Translations under genes and position numbers: made by a program
Assembly (NCBI GenBank): GCA_963804605.1
Contig: CAWDRB010000007.1
Coordinates: 107,252 to 171,251 of the forward strand
Reading direction: 5' to 3'
Length of the DNA: 64,000 bases
Source of the DNA: an uncultured delta proteobacterium
Lineage (GTDB): Bacteria; Desulfobacterota; Desulfobulbia; Desulfobulbales; Desulfocapsaceae
Part shown: in pieces, positions 23,872 through 33,958 of the stretch
Numbering within the stretch: the first letter of the stretch is position 1
How the letters are laid out: each line of letters opens with the position of its first letter
The notes under the pieces: generated by a model
The model's input: the letters and a program-made list of their open reading frames with translations, nothing else
Database searches by the model: none
Told to the model about the DNA's origin: nothing

Positions 23872-24351
23872 CTATAATACGAAGGCCATATACTTTACGG
23901 AAAATGGCAGATGCGAGAATCGTTTGGTTTCGCCATCGATGAAGCCAAGATTACGGTACCAGCGTTGGAGTTCGACGTGCTCACCAATGACCCCGATGCT
24001 GATAGTATTGATTGAGCGAGAGCGTGCGTATTCAACTATGTGGTGGACGAGACGAGCCCCAACTCCATGTTTGCGATACTCCGGGAGAATGGACAATCGA
24101 TTGAGAAAAGCGAGTTCCCGGCTGGGACTTTCGTATGCAACGCAACCAATCGGCCTGGAGTCTTCTTCGTGGATAAAGTATTTAACACCGCGCACAAAAT
24201 CGTCCTTGACCCAGACTTCTGTACAAAACGATGGATGTTTGGGGCAGTTGTCAGCGTTAAGATCGAACGCGATGGCTAGATCCCTGTTTGATTCAGAGAC
24301 GAGTATCGCAATAGTCGCTGAGTCGTCAGGTGTGGCTTCTCGAATATTCAT
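23872..24351 (-). CDS. GNAT acetyltransferase
   Basis: MNIREATPDD start; RLSILPEYRKHGVG, WYRNLGF. Confidence 0.85.
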   Translation of the reverse strand: MNIREATPDDSATIAILVSESNRDLAIAFDLNADNCPKHPSFCTEVWVKDDFVRGVKYFIHEEDSRPIGCVAYESPSRELAFLNRLSILPEYRKHGVGARLVHHIVEYARSRSINTISIGVIGEHVELQRWYRNLGFIDGETKRFSHLPFSVKYMAFVL

Positions 24352-24360
24352 TCCTGTATC

Positions 24361-25054
24361 ATAAGGGAGTGCGGGGGCCGACTGCAGTGTAGACAAGCTT
24401 TTAATGTTACCGGCCCTGCTCACCCTTTTTTTGGCGGCTTCCAGGTCGAAATAACCCGGATCAAAATCCGGGCGACCGGTGAGCTCAAAGCAGGCTGTCT
24501 GTTTTCTTGCTGTCCGGTGACTCCAGGTCGGTTATGAGTTGCAGGTATTGATGGATATCGCCAACCGTTTCTGGTGGGCAGGCCATTTCTCCGGCGAGGA
24601 GAATCGGGTGTTTGAGCTGTCGGGTCGGAGGGACTATCTCTTCCAGGTGGATTTCATGCTCCCATCCTTCACCGGCGCCATAGATATACGAAAACATAAA
24701 CCGCATGCCTTCTTCCAGGGTGTACAGTTTATATTTATATTCGTCGAATCGCTTTGCTTCTCGGGGAACCTTGGTTTTCATGGTCGGTTCGTAGCTGATC
24801 TTGCCAACCAGAAACTGATGGACGTAGGAATCACTCCAGCCCATGCTCAACTGGATGGTGTCGTGCAGTTGCGCCAGGGTAAACGTTCCCGGTACCTGGA
24901 TCCGCCGCCAGATGAGCGGATCTGAAAAAGTTATGGAAATATGCAGGATATAGCTTGGAACCGGCTTGTCGTCTTTTTTTGTCTCGATGTCTGCTTTTGT
25001 GCTGTGTGGGAATACACCTTTTATAACCCGGGCCATTGCTCCTCCATGTGGCAT
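24361..25054 (-). CDS. Plasmid pRiA4b ORF-3 family protein (C-terminal frameshift; end approximate)
   Basis: PLIWRRIQVP, LHDTIQLSMGW, WEHEIHLE, ACPPE; FDPGYFDL in the shifted frame near 24450. Confidence 0.8.
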
Positions 25055-25173
25055 TCTTGTTGTTAAACCAAACCGTCATAAAAACTTACATTTGCAACAC
25101 CATCGGTTGACACACTAATGCAGGAACCAGACTCTGACTAGAGCAGATCGAAAAAACATGGTTTCTTCTCTCT

Positions 25174-26594
25174 CTACTCGCTCTCTGAAATCTCTTGCAT
25201 GGTCGTCAGAAGAAGCTGGCGAAATTTTTCGACCGCCTTGTGGTCGTTATCAGCTTTTTCATCACGGATTGCCTTGAAAAAATCATGACAGATTTTGATA
25301 TTTCCCGCTGACCATTTTTGGGTAAATCCCTGGGGTGATTCATTGTAAAGATGTGGCAGATTCGACTCGTTGCCATTCTTATAGTCCCTCCGGCCGTGGG
25401 CCCAGTTGATGGTGTGCTGGTAATAGAGCAAAGAGCGGTTGAGGAGGATAAAAAGGAGGTCGATGGATTTGGCCGGGCCTATCTGGATCTGTTTGCCGCC
25501 CAGCGGTAAGCCTAAAAATTTGATCTTTTCGGAAAGATTTTCGCCGCCAAACAGGGCACCGAGCGCTCCGGCCAGGGTGCCAACGGCAGTGAACAGGCCA
25601 AGGCCATGACCGAAAGCGGCCATTTCCAGACCGGCGCCGATGGCTGCTCCGCCGAGGCCTCCGGCAATGATGACCTGCTGCCGGGTAAGCCCGAGGAGCT
25701 GCCATGTCTCGTTCGTCGAACAGGTCTTTATTAAGGATGGAATGAGGTGGCAGGTCATAGTTGAATATATTGTGTTTATAAAGATTACGGATGCGCTGGT
25801 GGGCTTTCTGTTCCATTTGGCTGATGGTCTCACTGTAGGTGAGAAAGAGTTTCTGGCGACATTTTCCCGACTCTTTTTCGGAACTGATATCCTCGGTCAG
25901 CTGCAGTGAAAGACTGTCCTTCAACAGGTGGGTGATACTATCTGCCGTGGTGTTGTTCCGTCCTGCCCAGTCTTTTTTAAAGGCGGCAACCACCTCCGAA
26001 AGCGCCTGGTGCCAGTCCTGGTCAATTGACTTCAAGCGCCTCAAGAAGAAGAATCCGTTCGGCATAGGTGGCCCGGTGGGCATTGAACACCCGGTTGGAA
26101 TTAAAGTTCTTGCGGAACTCGGTTTTCCAGGCTTCAAGATGGTTGTGATCGTCTTCCTTGCAGTTGATGATGGCCATCCTGGGCTTTCCAGTCAGGCGTA
26201 AGATCTCCATTTCCGCTCGATCGACATTGCGGACCGGTCGTGAACCATCGACCACATAAATGATTCCTGCTCCTCTTTCAACCGGCCCCAGCAGCTCGCA
26301 GTCATCGTGCAGCTCCGGGATGGTTGCGGCATAGGCTCTGAAAGTCTTGAGGGGATTCTCATCGGTAGTCGTCCGTTTTTTCAGTTCACTGAGGACCCTG
26401 GCCGGGTTCTGGAAACCAGGGGTATCGGTGAAAAGCAGCACCTCCCGGCCATCGATCATTACCGGGAAAGTGCGGCATTCGGTCGTCTCGCCGGGGGTCG
26501 AACTGACCCGTACTGAATCATCTTCAGCCAGGGTAGAGAGGACGGAAGATTTGCCTTCATTTGGGTGGCCCAGTATGGCGAATTCCGGTGTCAT
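25174..26594 (-). CDS. Era/dynamin-like GTPase with DUF3482-type C-terminus (frameshifted)
   Basis: GHPNEGKSS, GETT, DTPGFQ; Gly-rich hydrophobic hairpin and WAHGRR near the C-terminus; split over three frames. Confidence 0.8.
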
Positions 26595-26606
26595 ATTGTC
26601 TTCCTG

Positions 26607-28166
26607 TCAGGAAATGAGCGAAAAGATGCTTAAGTAGGGATCGCCGAGGGCCTCTATTTTCTGACGCCAGATAGTCAGGTCCGTCGCAGCTGCCGGGGTA
26701 AATATGGTTGTATCGGGGCGGCCCACCAATCCCAGGTGAATGATGTTATTTTCCGGGAGGCAGTTCCGCAATTCTTTCAGGTACGTGAGAAAATCAACAA
26801 GAGGCACCATCCAGCCTTCCATCAGGATAAAGATCCCTTCGCCCGGCTGCCATACTCTCTCTGTCAGGAATTGTTTCAGCTGCTGGTCCTCCTCGTAACT
26901 GACCATAAAGCGATGTGCCTCGGCTATGGTAAAACCTCTGTTTTGTAAGATTGGTTCAAGTTTTTCAGGCGGGCAGAGGGGGTAGATATCGTCGGGAATC
27001 AGCACCACCTGTGCTGTCAGATGTGGTACAGAGCCGGACGGAGGTTGTTGCATAACTTCAGGATTGTCCACCGACGCTGTCTTTTTTAACTCCGGTGCGG
27101 CCTGGGTCGTGACCAGAGGGGTCTGCATGCGCCTGATAAGGGCAAGGCAGGCCGGGGTGTCCAGTTTGAGGTGGTGCAGAGAGCGATGCTCCATCAGCTT
27201 GCCGAGCAGAAAAAGAGTCAGCCGGACAAAAAGGCCGTAAAAAAGCAGGCTAAATACCAGAAAAGGCCACCAGGCGATCAGGTTCTCGGTAGTCAGATGA
27301 TAAATGCCCTCTTTAAGGATTATCCGGCTGCCCTCTATCTCAGCGAGTGTTGGGTAACTGTTGGCCTGGGGAATAAACCAGGACCAGGGCGAGGCTGCAA
27401 ACATCACCCCGCGATGGATAGCCTCGGCACTGAACTGCATGGTTGACTGCCAGCCAAAGGCTAAATCGCTGGTAGATATCTTGATCAGGGTGGCAGCCAG
27501 AAGTCCAATATTGAAGCCTATGGCAAAAAGTTGACTGAGGGCAAAAATGGGCCAGTAGAAAACAGAACCGTAGATCGTGCTGCGGGCCTTGAAGATACCG
27601 AAGGCATGGTTGACACTGGACCGTTTTTCAGCTGTCACTGTCCGTAACCATTGTTTATGGAAAAAGGCCACGATTTTGCCCATCATCCTCCGGAGGAGCA
27701 GAGCGTAGAATGAAGGTATTGTCAGTTCGGGCAAGAGAGAGCGAAGGAACAAGGCACCAAGCAGAAATCCGACAAGAGCCATCTGGGAGACGACAAAAAT
27801 GAGCAGGAAATGAAAGACGTTTACCGGGGTGGTCCCGGTATAGGTAAAAAATGAAAAACCACCAGTCAACCCAACGACTATACCAATAATTACCATGAGA
27901 GTTTCGGGCAAGAAGGTAGGTGTCGCCAAAGATTGTTCCAGGGCTTTTGATGATCAGGGGCCGGGAAGTCTTGTTTGAATTCTTTCCCTCAGCCAGCACT
28001 AGATCAGTTCACGGTTGGTCAGTTCATGTCCATTGGTCGGTTCTTTCTGGTTTGCCAAAAAAATATTTCTGTCGCGCAGATGGAGTTCATCGTCGTCAGC
28101 ATCCGAATCCTGATGGTAGAAATATTCCAGATCGATGAGATGATTATATTGCCGGTTTATCTTCAT
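26607..28166 (-). CDS. DUF2868-type membrane protein (N-terminal frameshift/stop)
   Basis: YTGTTPVNV, DLAFGWQST, IEGSRI, WWPFL; adjacent to the GTPase; ATG at 28166. Confidence 0.75.
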
Positions 28167-28403
28167 TTGGCCCATTATACCAGAATGATGGGATGGAGCA
28201 ATAAAACCTGTTAATGGTCGTTCAAATTCAGGATTTTCTTTGCTCTAAAGGATAACCTCGTATAATTGAGTAGAGTGGAAACTTAAGATTGGCGCTCCCC
28301 ATAGTATAAGAAAAGATTGTCAAAGGACGGGGCAGTAAGATAGGATAGATAACTTGGAGTTATGGGCTGCTAGGAAGTTTTTTATTTCACTCAGGATTGT
28401 TCG

Positions 28404-30851
28404 ATGAAGTTGGCCAGTAAAATTCGCTACTTATTTGCTGTCTTGGTCGTGTCAGCTGGAATAATCGTGCTGCCATTTTCTCTATCCGCAGAAGAAAAAC
28501 CCAAGGATGGCACCACTACCGCACCGCCGCCCAAAGAGCAGAAAACGACTCTTATCCAGATCTATTCCTGGGCGACAATCCTGCCTAAAGAGTTGATTGA
28601 TCTGCAAAACAGACTGAGCAAAGAAAAGGATATTGACAACATCGATACAGAGGTTACTTCTCTCACCGAGCAGGGTGAAAAGCTGCGCGTCGATGTTACC
28701 ACGGCACAAAAGACCCCCAATCTGCAGATTGCCCAGGTCGCTGACTTGCAAAACAAGAATTACAAGATTTCCACACGGCTGAAAAGCATCAGCGAGCCGG
28801 TTACTGCGGCAATCACCAGTCTTTCGGCTAAGAGAAAAGAATGGCAGGCCAATAAAGATCAGGTAGCGGATTTTGACAAGAAAGAGATGCTGTCACTGGC
28901 GCTGGCCAAGGAGCAGGAAAAAGAACTGGTAGAAACCATAAACGCGGCGCTCCAGCTCATCGGCGATCAGCTTAAAAGAGTTTTGGCGGTCGGCAAAAAA
29001 ATCGGCGATCTCCAGGTTCTGCTCTATTCGACAAACAGTGATTTACAGGCGATGGATGACCAGCTGCGCGCGCTCACCATCCAACAGACCTCGCCCTCGA
29101 TACTTTCCGGCGCGTTTTATACCAGAATCAACCTCGACCTCTTTTTGCAAAGTTATGCGAACACCAAAAAATTTGTTGTTAACCAGCTGCAAAGTCTGCA
29201 GAAAAACAGAAATTTCATCCTGCTCAGTCTGTTGGTCTTTTGCCTGATTTATTTTGGTGTATACCGCACGAAAATGTTCGTTCCTCCTTCGTCACGCTGG
29301 TATACCTTTGCTGTCAATCCACTGGCTACGACCGTTTTTATCGCCTCGAGCGTCAACACGTCGATGACCATGATGCCGGTCAAATATGATCTGCCGCCGC
29401 AGTGGGAAGCATTACTGCATATTTTCACCCTGCTTGCCGCAACCCGCCTGAGCAGAGATCTTATAGAAAACAAGGGGGGGCGGCAGTTGCTCATCCGGCT
29501 GATAATTTTTATGGCCGTGGCAATGTTTATGGTCGTTTTGAATCTGCCGCAGATGCTGATCCTGCTCTATGTTTTTTATGTGTCGGTACTGGCTCTGGTC
29601 TATTATTTTTATCAGCTCGCTGGTCTCAGGGGCAAGACCGATCTCGTAACATGGCTCAAGCGGCTGATGGGCCTTTTCCCGGCGGCAATCCTGGTCCTGG
29701 GTATTTCCGGGTACGATCAATTCGCGGTGATCCTTTTTTCAACCGTGCTGTCGGCTATCACCACCTGCCTTATTATCTGGATGTTTTACCTGTTTTTTCT
29801 CGGTTTTTTCGATCTGGTGCTCACGGTGCAGCCTTTCGCCCTGCTGAGTGAAAACCGGGATATTATTATGAACAGTCTGCAGCCGATTGTTGCCTGGTTG
29901 CAGGTAGTTCTGTTGATTGCCGCCCAGGCGGTTATCTGGGGTTTCTTCCCCACTCTCAATGAGGCCCTGGCCGGTATTTTTAACAAAGGCTTTGCTGTTT
30001 TCGATCTGCATGTTTCCCCCCGATTTCTGTTCACTATCATCTTTGTCATTTATGCCGCTCTGCTTATCTCAAAAGCTATCCAGACCATTCTGCTCAACAA
30101 GGTGCTACCGAGATATGGCGCGGAAAAAGGTGTGCAGCTCTCCATCACCCGGCTGGTCCATTACGCTATTTTAACCATTGGTTTTCTGATCATGTTACGG
30201 GTACTGGGCTTTCAACTCAGTCAATTTGCACTTCTTGGCGGGGCGCTGGGTGTGGGGATCGGCTTTGGTCTGCAGGCAATCGTCAGTAATTTTGTCAGTG
30301 GTCTGATTTTGCTTTTTGAAAGACCGATAAAGGTTGGCGATACCATCCAGGTTGGCACTGAAACTGGAGAAGTGAAGAATCTCGGCCTGCGGGCAACCAT
30401 CATTCAGACTTTTGACAACGCCGAGATAGTGGTGCCTAATTCCGATCTGGTGACCGGCCAGGTGACCAATTGGACTCTCGCTGAAAGAAGGGTGAGGATA
30501 CGGATCCCTGTAGGCGTGGCTTATGGAACAGACGTTGCGAAGGTGATAGAAATTCTGACTGCCTGCGCCAATGCCAATCCGGTGGTTCTCAGTACCCCTA
30601 AACCGAATGCGTTTTTTCTGGCTTTTGGTGCTAGTTCGCTTGACTTTGAGTTGCGGGTCTGGATTTCCGAATACCTCGATAAGATACAAGTCTTGAGTGA
30701 TTTGAATCAGGATATAGAAAATGAATTCTCCATCCATAAGATAGAGATACCTTTTCCGCAGACCGATCTGCATCTCCGTTCGGTGGACGAGGCCGCTGCT
30801 GTTCGTATGTGGGGTTCTCGTGCTGCTGAGGAAGAGAACCCCAAGAGCTAA
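28404..30851 (+). CDS. Large MscS-family mechanosensitive channel (MscK-like)
   Basis: Signal peptide, coiled coil, many TMs, GALGVGIGFGLQ, ERPIKVGD, IEIPFPQ. Confidence 0.92.
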   Translation: MKLASKIRYLFAVLVVSAGIIVLPFSLSAEEKPKDGTTTAPPPKEQKTTLIQIYSWATILPKELIDLQNRLSKEKDIDNIDTEVTSLTEQGEKLRVDVTTAQKTPNLQIAQVADLQNKNYKISTRLKSISEPVTAAITSLSAKRKEWQANKDQVADFDKKEMLSLALAKEQEKELVETINAALQLIGDQLKRVLAVGKKIGDLQVLLYSTNSDLQAMDDQLRALTIQQTSPSILSGAFYTRINLDLFLQSYANTKKFVVNQLQSLQKNRNFILLSLLVFCLIYFGVYRTKMFVPPSSRWYTFAVNPLATTVFIASSVNTSMTMMPVKYDLPPQWEALLHIFTLLAATRLSRDLIENKGGRQLLIRLIIFMAVAMFMVVLNLPQMLILLYVFYVSVLALVYYFYQLAGLRGKTDLVTWLKRLMGLFPAAILVLGISGYDQFAVILFSTVLSAITTCLIIWMFYLFFLGFFDLVLTVQPFALLSENRDIIMNSLQPIVAWLQVVLLIAAQAVIWGFFPTLNEALAGIFNKGFAVFDLHVSPRFLFTIIFVIYAALLISKAIQTILLNKVLPRYGAEKGVQLSITRLVHYAILTIGFLIMLRVLGFQLSQFALLGGALGVGIGFGLQAIVSNFVSGLILLFERPIKVGDTIQVGTETGEVKNLGLRATIIQTFDNAEIVVPNSDLVTGQVTNWTLAERRVRIRIPVGVAYGTDVAKVIEILTACANANPVVLSTPKPNAFFLAFGASSLDFELRVWISEYLDKIQVLSDLNQDIENEFSIHKIEIPFPQTDLHLRSVDEAAAVRMWGSRAAEEENPKS

Positions 30852-30891
30852 TTTGCAGGATCAATCATAATAAAACCAGACCTCAAGTCTT

Positions 30892-31935
30892 TTGTATGGC
30901 GGTACCGAGATGAAGAGAACATTAGTATACAGAAAGGCCAAACGTTCAAAAATTAAGGTAGTCGGCTGGATATTTCTCACAGTTCTCCTTGGTTTAATGA
31001 TCCTCTGGGCGGTTCTTGCCCTCACCTTGACCTTACCGGCAACGAAACTGCGAATGCCGATTGTTGGCGTTTACGGGTTGGTCTCATTGCTCTTGCCGCT
31101 TGTTGTTCGTCCTCGCCGATACGGTATCATGGTTTCGGTTTTGCTCTTTTTCCTGGTTGTCGGCTGGTTCTTCCTGCTGCTTCCTTCGAACACCCGGGAT
31201 TGGCAGCCTGATGTCGCAGTGCTTACCTCAGCCGAGATCAATGGCGACACGGTCACTGTTCACAATATCCGCTACTGTGACTATCAAAGCGAAACGGATT
31301 ATACCTGTCGCTACTATGATAGAACCGTGTCACTGAAGAATCTCCAGACAATCGATCTCTTTCTGGTTTACTGGGGGTCGCCAAGCATCGCTCATACCAT
31401 GTTGAGTTTTGGTTTCAAAGATGGGAGTTATATATGTTTCTCTATTGAAACTCGAAAGGAGAAGGGTGAAGACTATTCGACAATCAAGGGGTTTTTCCGG
31501 CAATATGAGCAGATTTATATTGTGGCCGATGAACGCGATGTTATCCGGTTGCGGACAAACTATCGTAAAGAGGATGTTTATCTGTACCGCCTGCAGATTT
31601 CTCCGACCATGGTCAGAAAAGTTTTCCTCGATTATCTCGGCACAATCAACAGCCTGTATCAGACCCCTGAATGGTACAACGCCCTGACTGCCAACTGCAC
31701 TACCAGCCTGCGTCAGCACACCGTGCCCTATAACCCTGATGCGAAATTTGACTGGCGCATTATAGTTAATGGCTATCTCGATGAAATGATATATGAGCGG
31801 AGATTTGTCATCACCAGTCTGCCCTTTGCCGAATTGAAGCAACAGAGTTATATCAACCCTCAAGCTCAGGCGATCTCACAAGATCAGGATTTTTCATTGC
31901 TTATTCGCCAAGGCATTCCCGGAATAACCTTATGA
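30892..31935 (+). CDS. DUF4105 (Lnb N-terminal-like) membrane protein
   Basis: Three TMs, IAHTMLSFGF, SIETRKEKGE, WYNALTANCTT. Confidence 0.8.
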   Translation: MYGGTEMKRTLVYRKAKRSKIKVVGWIFLTVLLGLMILWAVLALTLTLPATKLRMPIVGVYGLVSLLLPLVVRPRRYGIMVSVLLFFLVVGWFFLLLPSNTRDWQPDVAVLTSAEINGDTVTVHNIRYCDYQSETDYTCRYYDRTVSLKNLQTIDLFLVYWGSPSIAHTMLSFGFKDGSYICFSIETRKEKGEDYSTIKGFFRQYEQIYIVADERDVIRLRTNYRKEDVYLYRLQISPTMVRKVFLDYLGTINSLYQTPEWYNALTANCTTSLRQHTVPYNPDAKFDWRIIVNGYLDEMIYERRFVITSLPFAELKQQSYINPQAQAISQDQDFSLLIRQGIPGITL

Positions 31936-33866
31936 AGACTGTTGCTACCAGATGTTTAAAAAAGAAAGAATCATATGGCGGCTGCAGTGCAGCACGTCTT
32001 CTTGCGATTGGTCTGATTCTTCTTTTTCTGCTCTCAGGGTGTGCAAGTCCGGTGGGTGTTCATCGCGTCTCACCACAGGAATCCTATCGATTGAATATGG
32101 TCAATCCGATGGGCATGAAAGAGCTCAGCAATAACTCCAAGACTGTTTTGCATCGTTATAATCTTCAGGATACCTTTGACGCCGACTTAGCAAAGACCAT
32201 TAAGATTCTGTATGATCTGGTAAAGGTCGATGATCGTCGAGATCTTCTTTTTACCCTTGCTGAAGTGAGCTATCTGTATGGTACTCAACTGCTGGAAAAT
32301 GGTAACGGGAAGGGTGTCGGCCATGCCCCGGATGCTTTTTTGCAATCGGCTGTTTATGCCTATCTCTATCTGCTTGGAGCAGGAAGTGAAGAGTTGCCTT
32401 CCGCTTACGATAGCCGCTTCAGGGAGGCTAGTGATCTTTATAACCGGGCATTGTGGCTGGCATTCCCCGAAAACCCGGACCATAGTCTGAAGATCTCTGG
32501 TGGTTTGCGAAAGCTTCCCAATGGCGCCACGTTGCAAATTTCTCTTGATACGAAAAATCTGGGCTGGGACCTGGACAAAATTACCGGTATCTTCCCGGCC
32601 GATGCCTACGACGTCTATGGCTTTTCGGTTCGAAACCGTACTCCCGGACTTGGTCTGCCCCTTATCGGCAAAACTCTTGTAACCAAGGAATCCCCCAACG
32701 GAGGGACTTTACCGATAACTGCTTTTCTCCGTATTCCTGAGACATTTAATGGAATAATGGAAGAAACCACTCCTGTTGTATTGGAATTCTATTCTGCCTT
32801 TGAGACCGCGAATCTTGAGGTGAATGGCCGGCAGATTCCTCTGGAAACTGACACAACAACTCCGTTGGCCTATGTCCTTGATACCACCGATTTATGGAAT
32901 ATCGGGGTGAAAAGATTTCTGCTTGGGGCAAAGGTGAATAAACCACTTCTTATGATCCAGCCTTATAAACCCGGCAGGATTCCGGTGGTCTTCGTCCATG
33001 GCACCGCCAGTAGTCCGGTCTGGTGGGCGGAAATGCTCAATACTCTTCGTGCGGACCCGATAATTCGGCAAAAGTTTCAGTTCTGGTTCTATCAGTATAA
33101 TACCAGCAACATGATAGTTTTTTCTGCCGCGCAGATGCGGGATACCTTGACCGAGGCTGTTCACCAGTTCGATCCTCATGGGCAAGACCCCGCGTTGCAG
33201 AATATGGTTGTTATTGGTCATAGTCAGGGTGGCCTGTTGACTAAAATGGCTGTTGTAGATCCCGGAGATGTTCTCTGGAATTCAATCAGCGATGAGAGTT
33301 TTGACAAGGTCGGGCTGAACGCGGAAGATCAGGATTCAATCCGTCGGCTGCTCTTTTATGAGCCAATTCCTTTCGTCACGCGTGTGGTATTTATTTCCAC
33401 CCCGCACCGGGGCAGTTTCCTGACTAAGGATTGGGTGCGTACCTTGATTCGCAAATTAATATCCATTCCAATCGATATTTTAACTTTTAATACTGATGAT
33501 CTAAACAAAATTACTGGTATGACGAAGGTTCCAGCCAGCATGCGCAACAGAGTTCCTACCAGCATCGATGGCATGTCGGCCGACAATCCACTGCTTCAGG
33601 CGTTGGTCGGTATACCCTTGAAGCCAGGGGTGGTTGGACATTCCATCATCTCCGTCAAGCCAGGAATGGATATTGCGACAGGAAATGATGGGGTGGTTGC
33701 CTATAGCAGTGCCCATCTGGAGGGCATGGAATCAGAATTTGTCGTACGTTCCGGACATTCCTGCCAGGAAAATTCTTTTACCATAGAGGAGGTGCGTAGA
33801 ATTCTGCTTAAACATCTGGGAATTGATACTGGCAGGCGAATGCCGGGGAAAGACGAAACACAATAG
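31932..33866 (+). CDS. Lipoprotein alpha/beta hydrolase
   Basis: Lipobox LLSGC, PVVFVHG, GHSQG nucleophile elbow, DGVV, SGHSC; ATGA overlap with DUF4105. Confidence 0.85.
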   Translation: MKTVATRCLKKKESYGGCSAARLLAIGLILLFLLSGCASPVGVHRVSPQESYRLNMVNPMGMKELSNNSKTVLHRYNLQDTFDADLAKTIKILYDLVKVDDRRDLLFTLAEVSYLYGTQLLENGNGKGVGHAPDAFLQSAVYAYLYLLGAGSEELPSAYDSRFREASDLYNRALWLAFPENPDHSLKISGGLRKLPNGATLQISLDTKNLGWDLDKITGIFPADAYDVYGFSVRNRTPGLGLPLIGKTLVTKESPNGGTLPITAFLRIPETFNGIMEETTPVVLEFYSAFETANLEVNGRQIPLETDTTTPLAYVLDTTDLWNIGVKRFLLGAKVNKPLLMIQPYKPGRIPVVFVHGTASSPVWWAEMLNTLRADPIIRQKFQFWFYQYNTSNMIVFSAAQMRDTLTEAVHQFDPHGQDPALQNMVVIGHSQGGLLTKMAVVDPGDVLWNSISDESFDKVGLNAEDQDSIRRLLFYEPIPFVTRVVFISTPHRGSFLTKDWVRTLIRKLISIPIDILTFNTDDLNKITGMTKVPASMRNRVPTSIDGMSADNPLLQALVGIPLKPGVVGHSIISVKPGMDIATGNDGVVAYSSAHLEGMESEFVVRSGHSCQENSFTIEEVRRILLKHLGIDTGRRMPGKDETQ

Positions 33867-33958
33867 ATTCAAGGTTTTACGAGAGTATCAATAGTTGGTC
33901 AGGCTGATATCGAGATAATTGTGACCGATTTTTTCCCCAATTCTTCGGTCGGCAGCAG

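Noticed and set aside
22984-24360. Integron cassette array (TA, HEPN, tandem GNATs)
   Set aside because: No convincing RYYYAAC...GTTRRRY attC pairs between the genes and no integrase in the window.
28348-28364. Palindrome ATAACT-TGG-AGTTAT upstream of mscS as a fifth regulon box
   Set aside because: It only resembles the half-site, lacks the RGGKGATG end, and has no -10 at the 20-21 bp spacing.
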